The notes beneath the pieces are model-generated. The model did no database searches. It was not told the origin of the DNA and saw nothing but the letters and a program-made list of their open reading frames with translations. From positions 4,288,001-4,352,000 of the forward strand of contig OZ245006.1 in assembly GCA_965223545.1 (NCBI GenBank): a stretch of DNA of 64,000 nucleotides, read 5' to 3'. The position numbers were made by a program, and so were the translations under genes. The stretch comes from Planctomycetota bacterium. GTDB lineage: Bacteria > Planctomycetota > UBA1135 > UBA2386. Shown one piece after another: positions 20,482 to 29,616 of this stretch. Position 1 is the stretch's first letter, and each line of letters starts with the position of its first letter.

Positions 20482-22650
20482 ATGAGAGCGCTCCTCGTTC
20501 CCGTCTCGTGTGCCGTCAGCCTGCTGATCGCGCCGGTCTTCGCGCAGCAGAAACCGTTGTCTCGCGAGCAGGCCCTCGGCAGCGGCGAACGCGTGCGATG
20601 GTATTCGACGCCGGAGCGCGTGCGCTGGGCGCCCGATGGCGTGCACTACGCGATCCGCCGCGAGGGCAAGGTCGTCTGGGTGCATCCGGAGTCGGGAGCG
20701 GTGGTGTCGCCGCCGGCCGACGCGCGCCGCGGAGAGCGGGCGCCGCGCCCGCGCGGGCCGGGCGGTGCCGCCGGTGGTGACCCGCGCGTGAGGACGCGCG
20801 ACGGCGACCTGTGGTTCGGTCCCCCTGGCGCCGCCAACGACGGTGCCGCGAAGCGGCTGACCAAGGACGGGTTGGCCAAGGACATCGTCACGGTCAGCCC
20901 GAACGGCGAGTACGTCTCGTTCACCGCCGAGAACAACCTGTCGGTGGTGCGCGTGGAGGACGCCAGCGAGTGGAAGGTCACCGAGGACGGTGGGCCCAGC
21001 ATGTTCTGCGGCATCCTCGACTGGGTCTATCAAGAAGAGCTGTACGGCCGCTTCAACTATCGCGGTCACTGGTGGAGCCCGGACAGCAAGGCTGTGGCCT
21101 ACCTGCGGCTCGACGAGAAGGACGTCAAGACCTTCACCATCGTCGACTTCGTGCCGAAGCCTTCGCTCGACGAGGAGCGCTCGGTCGAGCCCGAGTTTCA
21201 GAAGTACCCCAAAGCGGGCGATGCCAACCCCACGGTGCGTCTGTTGGTGGCGCATCCCGAGACGCGCTCGCAGGTCGAGATCGACCTCTCCGACTATCCG
21301 GCTGACGTGCTCGTCGTGCGCGTGGGGTGGACGCCGGACTCCCGGCTGTTGTTCGCGGTGCAGGATCGCATCCAGACCTGGATGGACCTCAACGTCGCCG
21401 ATCCGCAGTCCGGCGCTTGGGTCAAGCTGATCCACGAGGCGTCCGAGACCTGGGTCAACCGACTGCCGTTCCCGGAGTGGTTGCCGGACGGGTCGTTCTT
21501 GTGGCTGAGCGAGCGCACCGGCTACCAGCACCTCTACCACTACGACGACAAGGGCGCCCTCGTGCGGCCGCTGACCGCCGGCGATTGGCAGGTCACCGAC
21601 TTGGTGCGGGTCGACGCCAGCGACGGAGTGCGGCGATGCTGGTTCACCGCTACCAAAGACGGCGCCATCGACAGCAATCTGTACTCGGTGGGGTTGGACG
21701 GCGGCGACATCGTGCGGTTGACCGAGGGCGAAGGCCGCCACTCGACCAGTCTCAACAAGGACGGTTCGTGGTTTCTGGACACCGTGTCGTCGATCGAGAC
21801 CCCGCCCGAGGTCCGCCTGTGCAAGGGCGACGGCTCGGGCTTCGTCGTGCTGGACAAGGCCGAGCCGCGCGCCGTCGAGACCCATCAGTACTACCCCAGG
21901 CAGCGGCTGACGATCCCTGCGCGCGACGGCTATCCGCTCGACGCGACGGTGATCCTCCCCCCGGGCCACGCCGACGGCAGTGGTCCGCACCCGATCTATC
22001 TGCCCACGTATTCCGGGCCCGATGCGCCGTCGGTGCGGAACGCGTTCTCGATCAACACCATGCACCAGTACCTGGCGCAGCAGGGTTGTGTGATCCTGCA
22101 GGTCAACGTGCGCAGCGCCAGCGGCCGCGGCCAGGCGCATACGGGCTTGGCCTACAAGCGGCTCGGTGTCTATGAGCTGCGCGATCTCGAAGACGCCGTT
22201 GCCTACGTCATCGAGAACCACGGTGGCGATCCCACCCGCGTGGCGATCGACGGCTGGAGCTACGGTGGGTTCATGGCGGCCTACGCGCTGACCCACAGCA
22301 AGGTGTTCTCTTTGGGGATCTCCGGCGCGGGAGTGCACGACTGGCAGCTCTACGACACGATCTACACCGAGCGCTACATGAGCACGCCGCAGCTCAACCC
22401 GGAGGGCTATCGCGAGACCTCGGTGATCGCCGGCGCCGCCAACCTGCACGGGCACTTGGTGCTGATGCACGGGGCCCGCGACGACAACGTTCACCTGCAG
22501 AACACCCTACGGCTGGTCTACGAGCTGCAGGCGGCGGGCCACGACAACTTCGAGCTGATGATCTACCCGCGCTCGCGGCACGGCGTGCGCGGCAGCCACC
22601 GCGGCAAGTTCGTGCTGCGCGCGATCGAGCGGCATTTGCTCGGCACCTGA
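20482..22650 (+). CDS. S9B dipeptidyl-peptidase IV family protease
   Basis: Signal peptide, DWVYQEEL, YPKAG, GWSYGG nucleophile, DDNVH, RHG. Confidence 0.95.
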   Translation: MRALLVPVSCAVSLLIAPVFAQQKPLSREQALGSGERVRWYSTPERVRWAPDGVHYAIRREGKVVWVHPESGAVVSPPADARRGERAPRPRGPGGAAGGDPRVRTRDGDLWFGPPGAANDGAAKRLTKDGLAKDIVTVSPNGEYVSFTAENNLSVVRVEDASEWKVTEDGGPSMFCGILDWVYQEELYGRFNYRGHWWSPDSKAVAYLRLDEKDVKTFTIVDFVPKPSLDEERSVEPEFQKYPKAGDANPTVRLLVAHPETRSQVEIDLSDYPADVLVVRVGWTPDSRLLFAVQDRIQTWMDLNVADPQSGAWVKLIHEASETWVNRLPFPEWLPDGSFLWLSERTGYQHLYHYDDKGALVRPLTAGDWQVTDLVRVDASDGVRRCWFTATKDGAIDSNLYSVGLDGGDIVRLTEGEGRHSTSLNKDGSWFLDTVSSIETPPEVRLCKGDGSGFVVLDKAEPRAVETHQYYPRQRLTIPARDGYPLDATVILPPGHADGSGPHPIYLPTYSGPDAPSVRNAFSINTMHQYLAQQGCVILQVNVRSASGRGQAHTGLAYKRLGVYELRDLEDAVAYVIENHGGDPTRVAIDGWSYGGFMAAYALTHSKVFSLGISGAGVHDWQLYDTIYTERYMSTPQLNPEGYRETSVIAGAANLHGHLVLMHGARDDNVHLQNTLRLVYELQAAGHDNFELMIYPRSRHGVRGSHRGKFVLRAIERHLLGT

Positions 22651-22798
22651 CCGGCGGGCGGTGGTCGGTCCCCCTGCCGCCCATGGCACCGGGCAGACGG
22701 CGGCCACCGCGTCGATCCGGCGGTTTGTGGCGTCGGCTGCGGTAGCATTCTCCAGCGGCGGGGCTCGCTTCCACACACGCCGACCGCTCGAAGATCGA

Positions 22799-25090
22799 AT
22801 GCCGCACTCCACCTGTGTCTCGCCCACCCCGCGCCGCCGGCGCGAGTTCTGGCTGCTCGCTGCCAGCCTGGCCGCCACCACCGCCTGCACCCGGTTGAGC
22901 TCGGACCGGGCGCCGCTGGTCAATCCGACGCCGCCGTCGGGGTCGATCGGTGATCGCGTGTGGAGCGATCTGAATTGCGACGGCATTCAGGACCCCGGCG
23001 AGCCGGGGCTCGACGGCGTGAAGCTGACGCTGCGCGACTCCGACGGAGTCGAGGTCGGCACCGCGGTGACGGGCACCGTGGCCGGTCGAGCCGGCGTCTA
23101 CCGCTTCGGTCGGCTCGCCGCCGGGACCTACACCATCGACGTCGACTCCGGCACTGCGACGGGCACACCCTCGCCCTGTGCAGTCGGTGGCAACCGCGCG
23201 GTCGACAGCGACTGTGCGCCGGCGACCGTGGTGCTCGTGGCCGACGACAGCCAGGATTCGTCCGTCGATTTCGGTTTCTGTCCGCCGGCGATGCGCTGCG
23301 AGGCGACGATCGGCGATCGCGTCTGGCACGATCTCGACTGCGATGGCATTCAGGATGCCGGCGAGCCGGGGCTGGACGGAGTCACGCTGCGGCTGCGCGA
23401 CGGGACGGGTGCCCTGCTCGCCACCGCGACCAGCGGCCGGGGGCCGACCGGGGAGCGCGGCCACTATCAGTTCTCCGGGGTCTGCGCCGGGACCTACGAG
23501 GTCGAGGTCGACTTGACCACGCTGCCGCCGGGCTTCTATCCGTCTCCGTGCGGCGTCGGCACGAACCCGTTCGGCAACAGTGAGTGCACGCCAACCGCGG
23601 TGACGGTGGTCGGGTCCGAGGACGATCCGAGCATCGATTTCGGCTTCTGCTCCTCCGGCTCGGGCGTCATCGGTGACTTCGTCTGGCACGACGTCAATGG
23701 CGATGGCATCCAGAACCCCGACGAGCTCGACGACGGGATCGATGGGGTGCGGGTGGTCCTGCGCGATGCCATCGGCGCCGAGCTGGCGTCGACGGCGACG
23801 GCGAGGGGTGGCAGCTACGCGTTCACCGGCCTCTTGGCCGGGACCTACTCGGTCGAGATCGACGGAAGCACACTGCCGCCGGGATTCTCGCCCACGGCGT
23901 CGGCCGCCGGCTCCAATCCCGCCTTGGACAGCAACGCGAGCCCGGCCATGGTCGTGCTTCCCACCGACGACAGTGTCGACCTGAGCATCGATTTCGGCTT
24001 CGTCGGCGCCGGTGCCGCGGGCGTCGGCGACTTCGTCTGGCTCGACCTCGATGCGGACGGCCTGCAAAGCAGCGGCGAGCCCGGCTTGTTCGGCGTGCGC
24101 GTCCAGCTGCGCGACGCGAGTGGCGCAGTCGTTCGCGTCGACGATACGGACGCCGCGGGGGGATACTCCTTCTTCGGCTTGGTGGCGGGGACCTACACCG
24201 TCGAGGTCGATGCGGCGTCGGTGCCGGGTTGGATGTTCGCCGCGCCCTGCCGCGTCGGTTCCAACCCCGCGCTCGACAACGACTGCAGCCCGGCTTCGGT
24301 CACCCTGGCCGCCAATCAGTACGATCCGACCGTCGACTTCGGCTTCGTCTCCGGCGGCACCGCGCTGGTGGGCGACTTCGTCTGGTTGGACGATGACGCC
24401 GACGGCGTACAGGATCCGGGTGAACCGGGGATCTCGGGCGCGGTCGTCGAGCTGCGCGATCCACAGCTGCGCCGGCTGATGTTGGCGGCGACCGACAGCA
24501 TGGGGGTCTACACCTTCCCCGCGCTGCCCGGCGGCGACTACCTCGTGCAGGTCGATCCGACCAGCGTGCCGGCGGGGCTGGCGCCGTCGCCCTGCGAGGT
24601 CGGGGTCGATCCCGCGCTCGACAGCAACTGTGCTCCCGCTGCTGTCAACCTGGCGCCGGGTGAGATCGTTCTCGACATCGACTTCGGCTTCCAGTCGCCC
24701 TGCAGCGCGCGGCTCGGTGACTTGGTGTGGTACGACGCGGACTGCGACGGCTTGCAAGAGGCCGGCGAGCCGGGCATTGCCGGGGTGACGGTCCTGTTGC
24801 GCGACGCCGCCTACAACGTGATCGGCCGCACGGTCACCGACGGCAACGGCCTGTATCTGTTCAGCGGCTTGTGCGAGGCGACCTACGTGGTCGAGGTCGA
24901 CGAGACCACTCTGCCACCCAACCTGGCGCCGTCCCCGTGCAACATCGGGCCCGACGACACCATCGACAACGACTGCAGCCCGGCGACGGTCTCGCTGATC
25001 AGTGGCTCGGTGTGGGACCTGAGCGTCGACTTCGGCTACCTGCCGCACTTCTTGCGGCCGCCGAGCGGCACCATGTCACCGACGCAGTGA
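22799..25090 (+). CDS. Surface protein with six SdrD B-like repeats
   Basis: Six ~120-aa units G-D-x-V-W-x-D-x-(N/D)-x-D-G...DFG(F/Y). N-terminus RRRREFWLL...ATTAC (Tat- or lipoprotein-like). Confidence 0.9.
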   Translation: MPHSTCVSPTPRRRREFWLLAASLAATTACTRLSSDRAPLVNPTPPSGSIGDRVWSDLNCDGIQDPGEPGLDGVKLTLRDSDGVEVGTAVTGTVAGRAGVYRFGRLAAGTYTIDVDSGTATGTPSPCAVGGNRAVDSDCAPATVVLVADDSQDSSVDFGFCPPAMRCEATIGDRVWHDLDCDGIQDAGEPGLDGVTLRLRDGTGALLATATSGRGPTGERGHYQFSGVCAGTYEVEVDLTTLPPGFYPSPCGVGTNPFGNSECTPTAVTVVGSEDDPSIDFGFCSSGSGVIGDFVWHDVNGDGIQNPDELDDGIDGVRVVLRDAIGAELASTATARGGSYAFTGLLAGTYSVEIDGSTLPPGFSPTASAAGSNPALDSNASPAMVVLPTDDSVDLSIDFGFVGAGAAGVGDFVWLDLDADGLQSSGEPGLFGVRVQLRDASGAVVRVDDTDAAGGYSFFGLVAGTYTVEVDAASVPGWMFAAPCRVGSNPALDNDCSPASVTLAANQYDPTVDFGFVSGGTALVGDFVWLDDDADGVQDPGEPGISGAVVELRDPQLRRLMLAATDSMGVYTFPALPGGDYLVQVDPTSVPAGLAPSPCEVGVDPALDSNCAPAAVNLAPGEIVLDIDFGFQSPCSARLGDLVWYDADCDGLQEAGEPGIAGVTVLLRDAAYNVIGRTVTDGNGLYLFSGLCEATYVVEVDETTLPPNLAPSPCNIGPDDTIDNDCSPATVSLISGSVWDLSVDFGYLPHFLRPPSGTMSPTQ

Positions 25091-25108
25091 CAGAAGTGCT
25101 GACGTCGG

Positions 25109-25837
25109 TCAGCGCTGCAGTTGCGCGTCGCACCAGGGCACGACCGTGGCGACCATTTCCTCGGTCGCCGTGCCACTGAACACGTGATCGGCGTCCGCCA
25201 GGGTCACCAGCTTGGCGGGGCCGCCGGCGCGGGCGAACGCGTCGCTCGAGTCCTCGAGCGGCACGACCGTGTCGGCATCGCCGTGCACGAGCAACCACGG
25301 CACCGCGATCGCGGCCGCCTGTTCCAGGGTGGAGCCGACCGCTGCCATGTCGTCCATGTAGGTCTGTGACAGGGGGCACTCGGGCTTGTCCCACATCGTC
25401 GACTGACCCGGCGTTTGATCGCCAAACTTGCGCTGTGCGAAGCCGGCGGTGTCGACCATGCCGGCGAGGGACACCAGGGCGGTGATGCGCGGGTCCGCGG
25501 CCGCGGCCAGCACACCGACCGCACCTCCTTGACTGTGCCCGACGTAGACGACCGGCTGCGTCGGCAGCGCGTCCAGCAGGGCGGCGAGGTCCTCGACTTC
25601 CTTGCTGATGGTGGAGGCGACGAAGTCCCCCTGCGAGGCGCCGTTGCCCGAGAACGACAGCCGCAGCGCGGTGAGGCCGGCGCTGGCCAGCCCCTCCGCG
25701 AGGGCCACCAAGAACGGGCGGTCCTTGTTGCCGGTGACGCCGTGGCCGAGAACGACGACCCCGGCTCTGCCGGGATCGCCGGGGTGCACGGAGTGGTCCA
25801 GCTGCTCGCCGTGTCGGTTGCGCAGCACTTCGATCAT
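25109..25837 (-). CDS. Alpha/beta hydrolase
   Basis: HGVTGNK, FSGNGASQG, GHSQGG, VHGDADTVVP, ADHVF catalytic motifs. Confidence 0.92.
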   Translation of the reverse strand: MIEVLRNRHGEQLDHSVHPGDPGRAGVVVLGHGVTGNKDRPFLVALAEGLASAGLTALRLSFSGNGASQGDFVASTISKEVEDLAALLDALPTQPVVYVGHSQGGAVGVLAAAADPRITALVSLAGMVDTAGFAQRKFGDQTPGQSTMWDKPECPLSQTYMDDMAAVGSTLEQAAAIAVPWLLVHGDADTVVPLEDSSDAFARAGGPAKLVTLADADHVFSGTATEEMVATVVPWCDAQLQR

Positions 25838-25903
25838 GGCCCGATGATAGGGCGAGTTCGGGTGGCACTGCAGCGTTGCTTGGTCGCTGTCCGAAGAGGA
25901 CAT

Positions 25904-26881
25904 GTGCCCTACCCCGAGCTCCCTGACCTCCAAGATCCCGCCCGGCGGCGGGCGCCGGTTCCCGTCGGGCTGTTGTCGGGCAAGCGCACACCCCTGCGCC
26001 GGTTGGCTTCGCTGGGGACCGCCACGGTCAACCGGGTGCTCGACAAGCTGATGCCGTCCGGCCTCTTGCACCGCTTTCTGCAGCGCGGTCTGGAGTTCAG
26101 TGAGGTCGACGTCGTGCTGCGGCGCGGCCACCGGGCACTGCACGGCTTGCGGATCGCGTTCCTGACCGATCTCCACGCCGGCAGCTTCATGAGCGAGCGC
26201 GACTTGCTGCGCATCTTCGCGAAGGTGGGAGAACGCGCACCGGATCTCGTGCTGCTCGGCGGTGATCTGATCAACACGTTCGACCGCGAGATCTTGCTCT
26301 TGCGCGAGCCGCTGCGCGCGATCGCGCCGCGATACGGTGTGTTTGCCGTGCCGGGCAACCACGACCGCTTCTACGGCAACGACATCGGCCTGTGGACGTC
26401 GTTCTTGAGCACCCACGGGGTGCGGGTCCTGCTCAACGAGGGTTGTCGGATCGAGCACGGCGACGGCGGGCTCTGGCTCGCAGGCGTCGACGACCTCACC
26501 GAGGGCCAACCCGACCTGGGCGCGGCCCTGGCGGGTCGCCGCGCCGACGAACCCGTGCTCCTGTTGTCCCATCACCCGGACTTCTTCTTCGAGGCGGCGG
26601 CCGCCGGCGTCGACCTGACGCTGTCGGGCCATACGCATGGTGGTCAGGTGGTGCTGTTCGGCGTTCCGCCGCTCACCCACAGCAGGTTCGGATACGCGAG
26701 CGGCAGCTACGAAGCTGCCGGCTCCCAGCTGTACGTCAGTAGAGGAGTCGGGGTGACGTTCCTGCCGCTGCGCGTCGGTGCGCCGCCGGAAGTGCCGATC
26801 CTGCGGCTGTGCGTGCCGGCGGCGGCGGGGGATGGCGCGGGCGCGGAGGTCGTCGAGACCGAAGGTGCGTCCTGCCGGTAA
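25904..26881 (+). CDS. Metallophosphoesterase (YkuE/YaeI-like)
   Basis: DLH, GGDL, GNHD, SHHPD, GHTHGGQ, YVSRG. Confidence 0.92.
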   Translation: MPYPELPDLQDPARRRAPVPVGLLSGKRTPLRRLASLGTATVNRVLDKLMPSGLLHRFLQRGLEFSEVDVVLRRGHRALHGLRIAFLTDLHAGSFMSERDLLRIFAKVGERAPDLVLLGGDLINTFDREILLLREPLRAIAPRYGVFAVPGNHDRFYGNDIGLWTSFLSTHGVRVLLNEGCRIEHGDGGLWLAGVDDLTEGQPDLGAALAGRRADEPVLLLSHHPDFFFEAAAAGVDLTLSGHTHGGQVVLFGVPPLTHSRFGYASGSYEAAGSQLYVSRGVGVTFLPLRVGAPPEVPILRLCVPAAAGDGAGAEVVETEGASCR

Positions 26882-26891
26882 CATCCGGCTT

Positions 26892-27929
26892 GTGCAACCA
26901 CCGATCGAGACGCTGGGGCGGGTGATCGAGGCGATCGACTCGCACACCGAAGGCGAGCCGACGCGCATCCTCACCGGATTCTCGGACGTCGCCGGCGACA
27001 CCATGGCCGAGCGGCGCGCGACCCTGCTCGCCGAGCACGACGACGTGCGCCGGGCCTTGGTGCGGGAGCCGCGCGGCACCGAAGCCATCGTGCTGGCGTA
27101 TCTCACCCGGCCCGAGCACGCGCAAGCCGACGCCGGCGTGGTGTTCGCCAACGACGCGGGCTACCTCGGCATGTGCGGTCACGGCGCCATCGGCGTCGCG
27201 ACGGTGTTGGTGCGCACCGGCCGGGTGCCCGCGCGGGAGCCCTGCACCGACGTCGTGCTCGACACGCCGGTCGGCCAGGTGCGGGCGCGGGTGGCGGTCC
27301 GCGACGCCCGGCCGCGGTCGGTGGCGATCGCCAACGTGCCGTCGTTCGTGCACGAGCTCGGTGTCCGCGTGCAACCGCGCGGCCTTCCGGCGGTCGATGT
27401 CGACATCGCGTGGGGTGGAAACTGGTTCGGGTTCGTGCGCGGGCGCGACCTCGGGCTGACCCCGTGCATGGCCGAGCTCGAGGCGCTGATGGCGGCCGCG
27501 ATCGAGATCCGTGCCGAGCTCGAGCGGCGCGGCGTGCGCGGCGTCCAACCGACCGACGGTGAGGACGGTCGCGTCGATCACATCAAGATCTACGCCGACG
27601 AGACCGACGGCGACGGCCCGGCGACGCGCGCGCTGACCCTGTGCCCCGGCCGCGCCTACGACCGGTCGCCGTGTGGCACGGGGACCTCGGCCAAGCTCGC
27701 CGTGCTGCACGCCCGCGGCGAGATCGCCGTCGGCCAGCGGCTGCGCAGCCGCAGCGTGCTGGGCACGGAGTTCGGTGCCGTCATCACCGGTGTGACCACG
27801 GTCGAAGGGCGCGCGGCCGTGCTGCCGGAGATCGAAGGAACCGCCTTCATCACCGGCGTGCAGCGGTTCGTCCTCGATCCGGACGACCCGCTGCGGGCGG
27901 GGATCGAGCCGCCACCCGCCTCGTCGTGA
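26892..27929 (+). CDS. Proline racemase / hydroxyproline epimerase family
   Basis: DSHTEGEPTR, MCGHG and DRSPCGTGTSA (both catalytic Cys present). Start approximate. Confidence 0.93.
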   Translation: MQPPIETLGRVIEAIDSHTEGEPTRILTGFSDVAGDTMAERRATLLAEHDDVRRALVREPRGTEAIVLAYLTRPEHAQADAGVVFANDAGYLGMCGHGAIGVATVLVRTGRVPAREPCTDVVLDTPVGQVRARVAVRDARPRSVAIANVPSFVHELGVRVQPRGLPAVDVDIAWGGNWFGFVRGRDLGLTPCMAELEALMAAAIEIRAELERRGVRGVQPTDGEDGRVDHIKIYADETDGDGPATRALTLCPGRAYDRSPCGTGTSAKLAVLHARGEIAVGQRLRSRSVLGTEFGAVITGVTTVEGRAAVLPEIEGTAFITGVQRFVLDPDDPLRAGIEPPPASS

Positions 27930-27937
27930 CCGCGTGT

Positions 27938-29512
27938 TTACGGACGAATCTCGGTGACGACCGGATTGCTGAACAGATTGCCCATCGGCCCGAGTGAGAA
28001 GGTCTGCCAGATCAAGCTGGCGCCCAACAGCCCGGGACTGCCGGTCGGCACCGGCAGCGTGGCGAAGGCGCGGCCCGAGGTGTCACCGACGAAGAGTCCG
28101 AAGCCGATCGGTCCGCCGTTGAAGGTGTGCACCGTCGACCATCCACCGCCGAGCGAGGGCAGCGGGAACGCCGTCGGGCGACCGCCGGGGGCCGGGCCAC
28201 CGCCGATGACCAGCGCACTGGGGAAGCCCTGGAACAGCCCTTGCTGGCTGAGGCGGATGTTCGGATCGCTGGCCAGCGAGACCAGGCCGTCGTTGGCGAC
28301 GTGCAGCGCGACACTGCCGTAGGGAGCGTTCGACGCCCAGCCCGCGCTGACGGTGGCGAGCCCGCGCAGGACCGGCGCGCTGGCGGCGCCACTGCCCTGC
28401 ACGATGCCGGTCCACGATCCGTTGGCGGCTGGCAGGGACGTGGCTCCCATGGTGACTCCGTTGATTACCGCGATCGAGCCCATCGTCCCGCCCGTGTTGG
28501 GCGCGGTCGAGAAGATCGTGCCCTGCCAGGACCCCAGACCGCCACAGCACGTCGAGTCGATGTTCTCGAAGGTGAAGATCAGGTTGGGGTGGTCGACACT
28601 CTGGTCGAACCAGCCCTTGAAGGTGCCGCCGTTCGGATCGATCTCGATGCCGATCATCCAGAACGTGATCGCCGTCGGTTGCCCGAGGTTGTCGACGGCA
28701 CCCGATGCCGCACACATGTCGCGCACCGAGAACTCGCCCCCCGGCCCGACTCCGATTTCGTTGATCACCAGCCTGGCCGAGTCGGCGGCCACGTCTTGCA
28801 CGTTGCCGTTGGCGTCGTACGTGATCGCCGCCGCCGGGATGTAGCAAATGGCACCGTCGTAGGCGAACACCGAAGTCATGCCGTCGCTGACCCAGTGGCC
28901 GCCGGCGACCGATCCCCCCGAAGAGATGCCGTACGCCGGCGAGTAGTAGATCGAGCCGTCGCTCGCCTGGCAGATCGCGTTCGCGCCGGCGACCCAGGAT
29001 CCCGTTTGGGCGCCGATCGCCTTGGTGAAGTGGTCTTGTCGGATGAAGAACTCGACGTCGCCGTTGTCCAAGATGCGCACCCAGTCGCCCTTGCGGACCA
29101 CGTGGGTCGAGGTGCCGTCGAAGACCGTCACCGTCGGCGGCGAGGTGGTTTGCTCGGTGATCGACCAGAACACGCGCCGTGGATCGGCGGAGGCCTTGTC
29201 GGCCTGCTTGACGAACGGCGCGCCCAATCCCCACGACGCCTGGGGGAGGCCGGCGAACTCGGCCATGGTGGTGTCGCCGTCGGCGTCGCCGGTCACCGCC
29301 GCGATCGCCGAGCTCGGAATCCACGGGTGTGCCGCGGCGCCGGAACCCGGGGTGACGACGGAGATGTCGAACGGCCGCAGGCCGCCGAGACCGCCAGCGG
29401 AAGCGTCGAGGCTCGTGCTGTCGTAGCGCGAGAAGAAAAGCAGACTGTCCTGCGCTGGCAGGGCGGTTGCGGCCAGCGTGGCGCACAGGGCGAACAGTGG
29501 GGCGTGGCTCAT
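27938..29512 (-). CDS. Secreted hypothetical protein with the shared C-terminal domain
   Basis: Signal peptide MSHAPLFALCATLAATALPAQ, beta-rich body, C-terminal ATLPVP...GLLGASLIWQ...SNPV. Confidence 0.8.
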   Translation of the reverse strand: MSHAPLFALCATLAATALPAQDSLLFFSRYDSTSLDASAGGLGGLRPFDISVVTPGSGAAAHPWIPSSAIAAVTGDADGDTTMAEFAGLPQASWGLGAPFVKQADKASADPRRVFWSITEQTTSPPTVTVFDGTSTHVVRKGDWVRILDNGDVEFFIRQDHFTKAIGAQTGSWVAGANAICQASDGSIYYSPAYGISSGGSVAGGHWVSDGMTSVFAYDGAICYIPAAAITYDANGNVQDVAADSARLVINEIGVGPGGEFSVRDMCAASGAVDNLGQPTAITFWMIGIEIDPNGGTFKGWFDQSVDHPNLIFTFENIDSTCCGGLGSWQGTIFSTAPNTGGTMGSIAVINGVTMGATSLPAANGSWTGIVQGSGAASAPVLRGLATVSAGWASNAPYGSVALHVANDGLVSLASDPNIRLSQQGLFQGFPSALVIGGGPAPGGRPTAFPLPSLGGGWSTVHTFNGGPIGFGLFVGDTSGRAFATLPVPTGSPGLLGASLIWQTFSLGPMGNLFSNPVVTEIRP

Positions 29513-29616
29513 GAGGCTCCTCGAGGAGAACAAGGGTGCCGCCACGATACCGCTTTCGGCGCGCGGGTGGGTCGCCCGGAGCGTTGGCCCGTCGTCGCGG
29601 CGCGAGGCCCCGCCGA

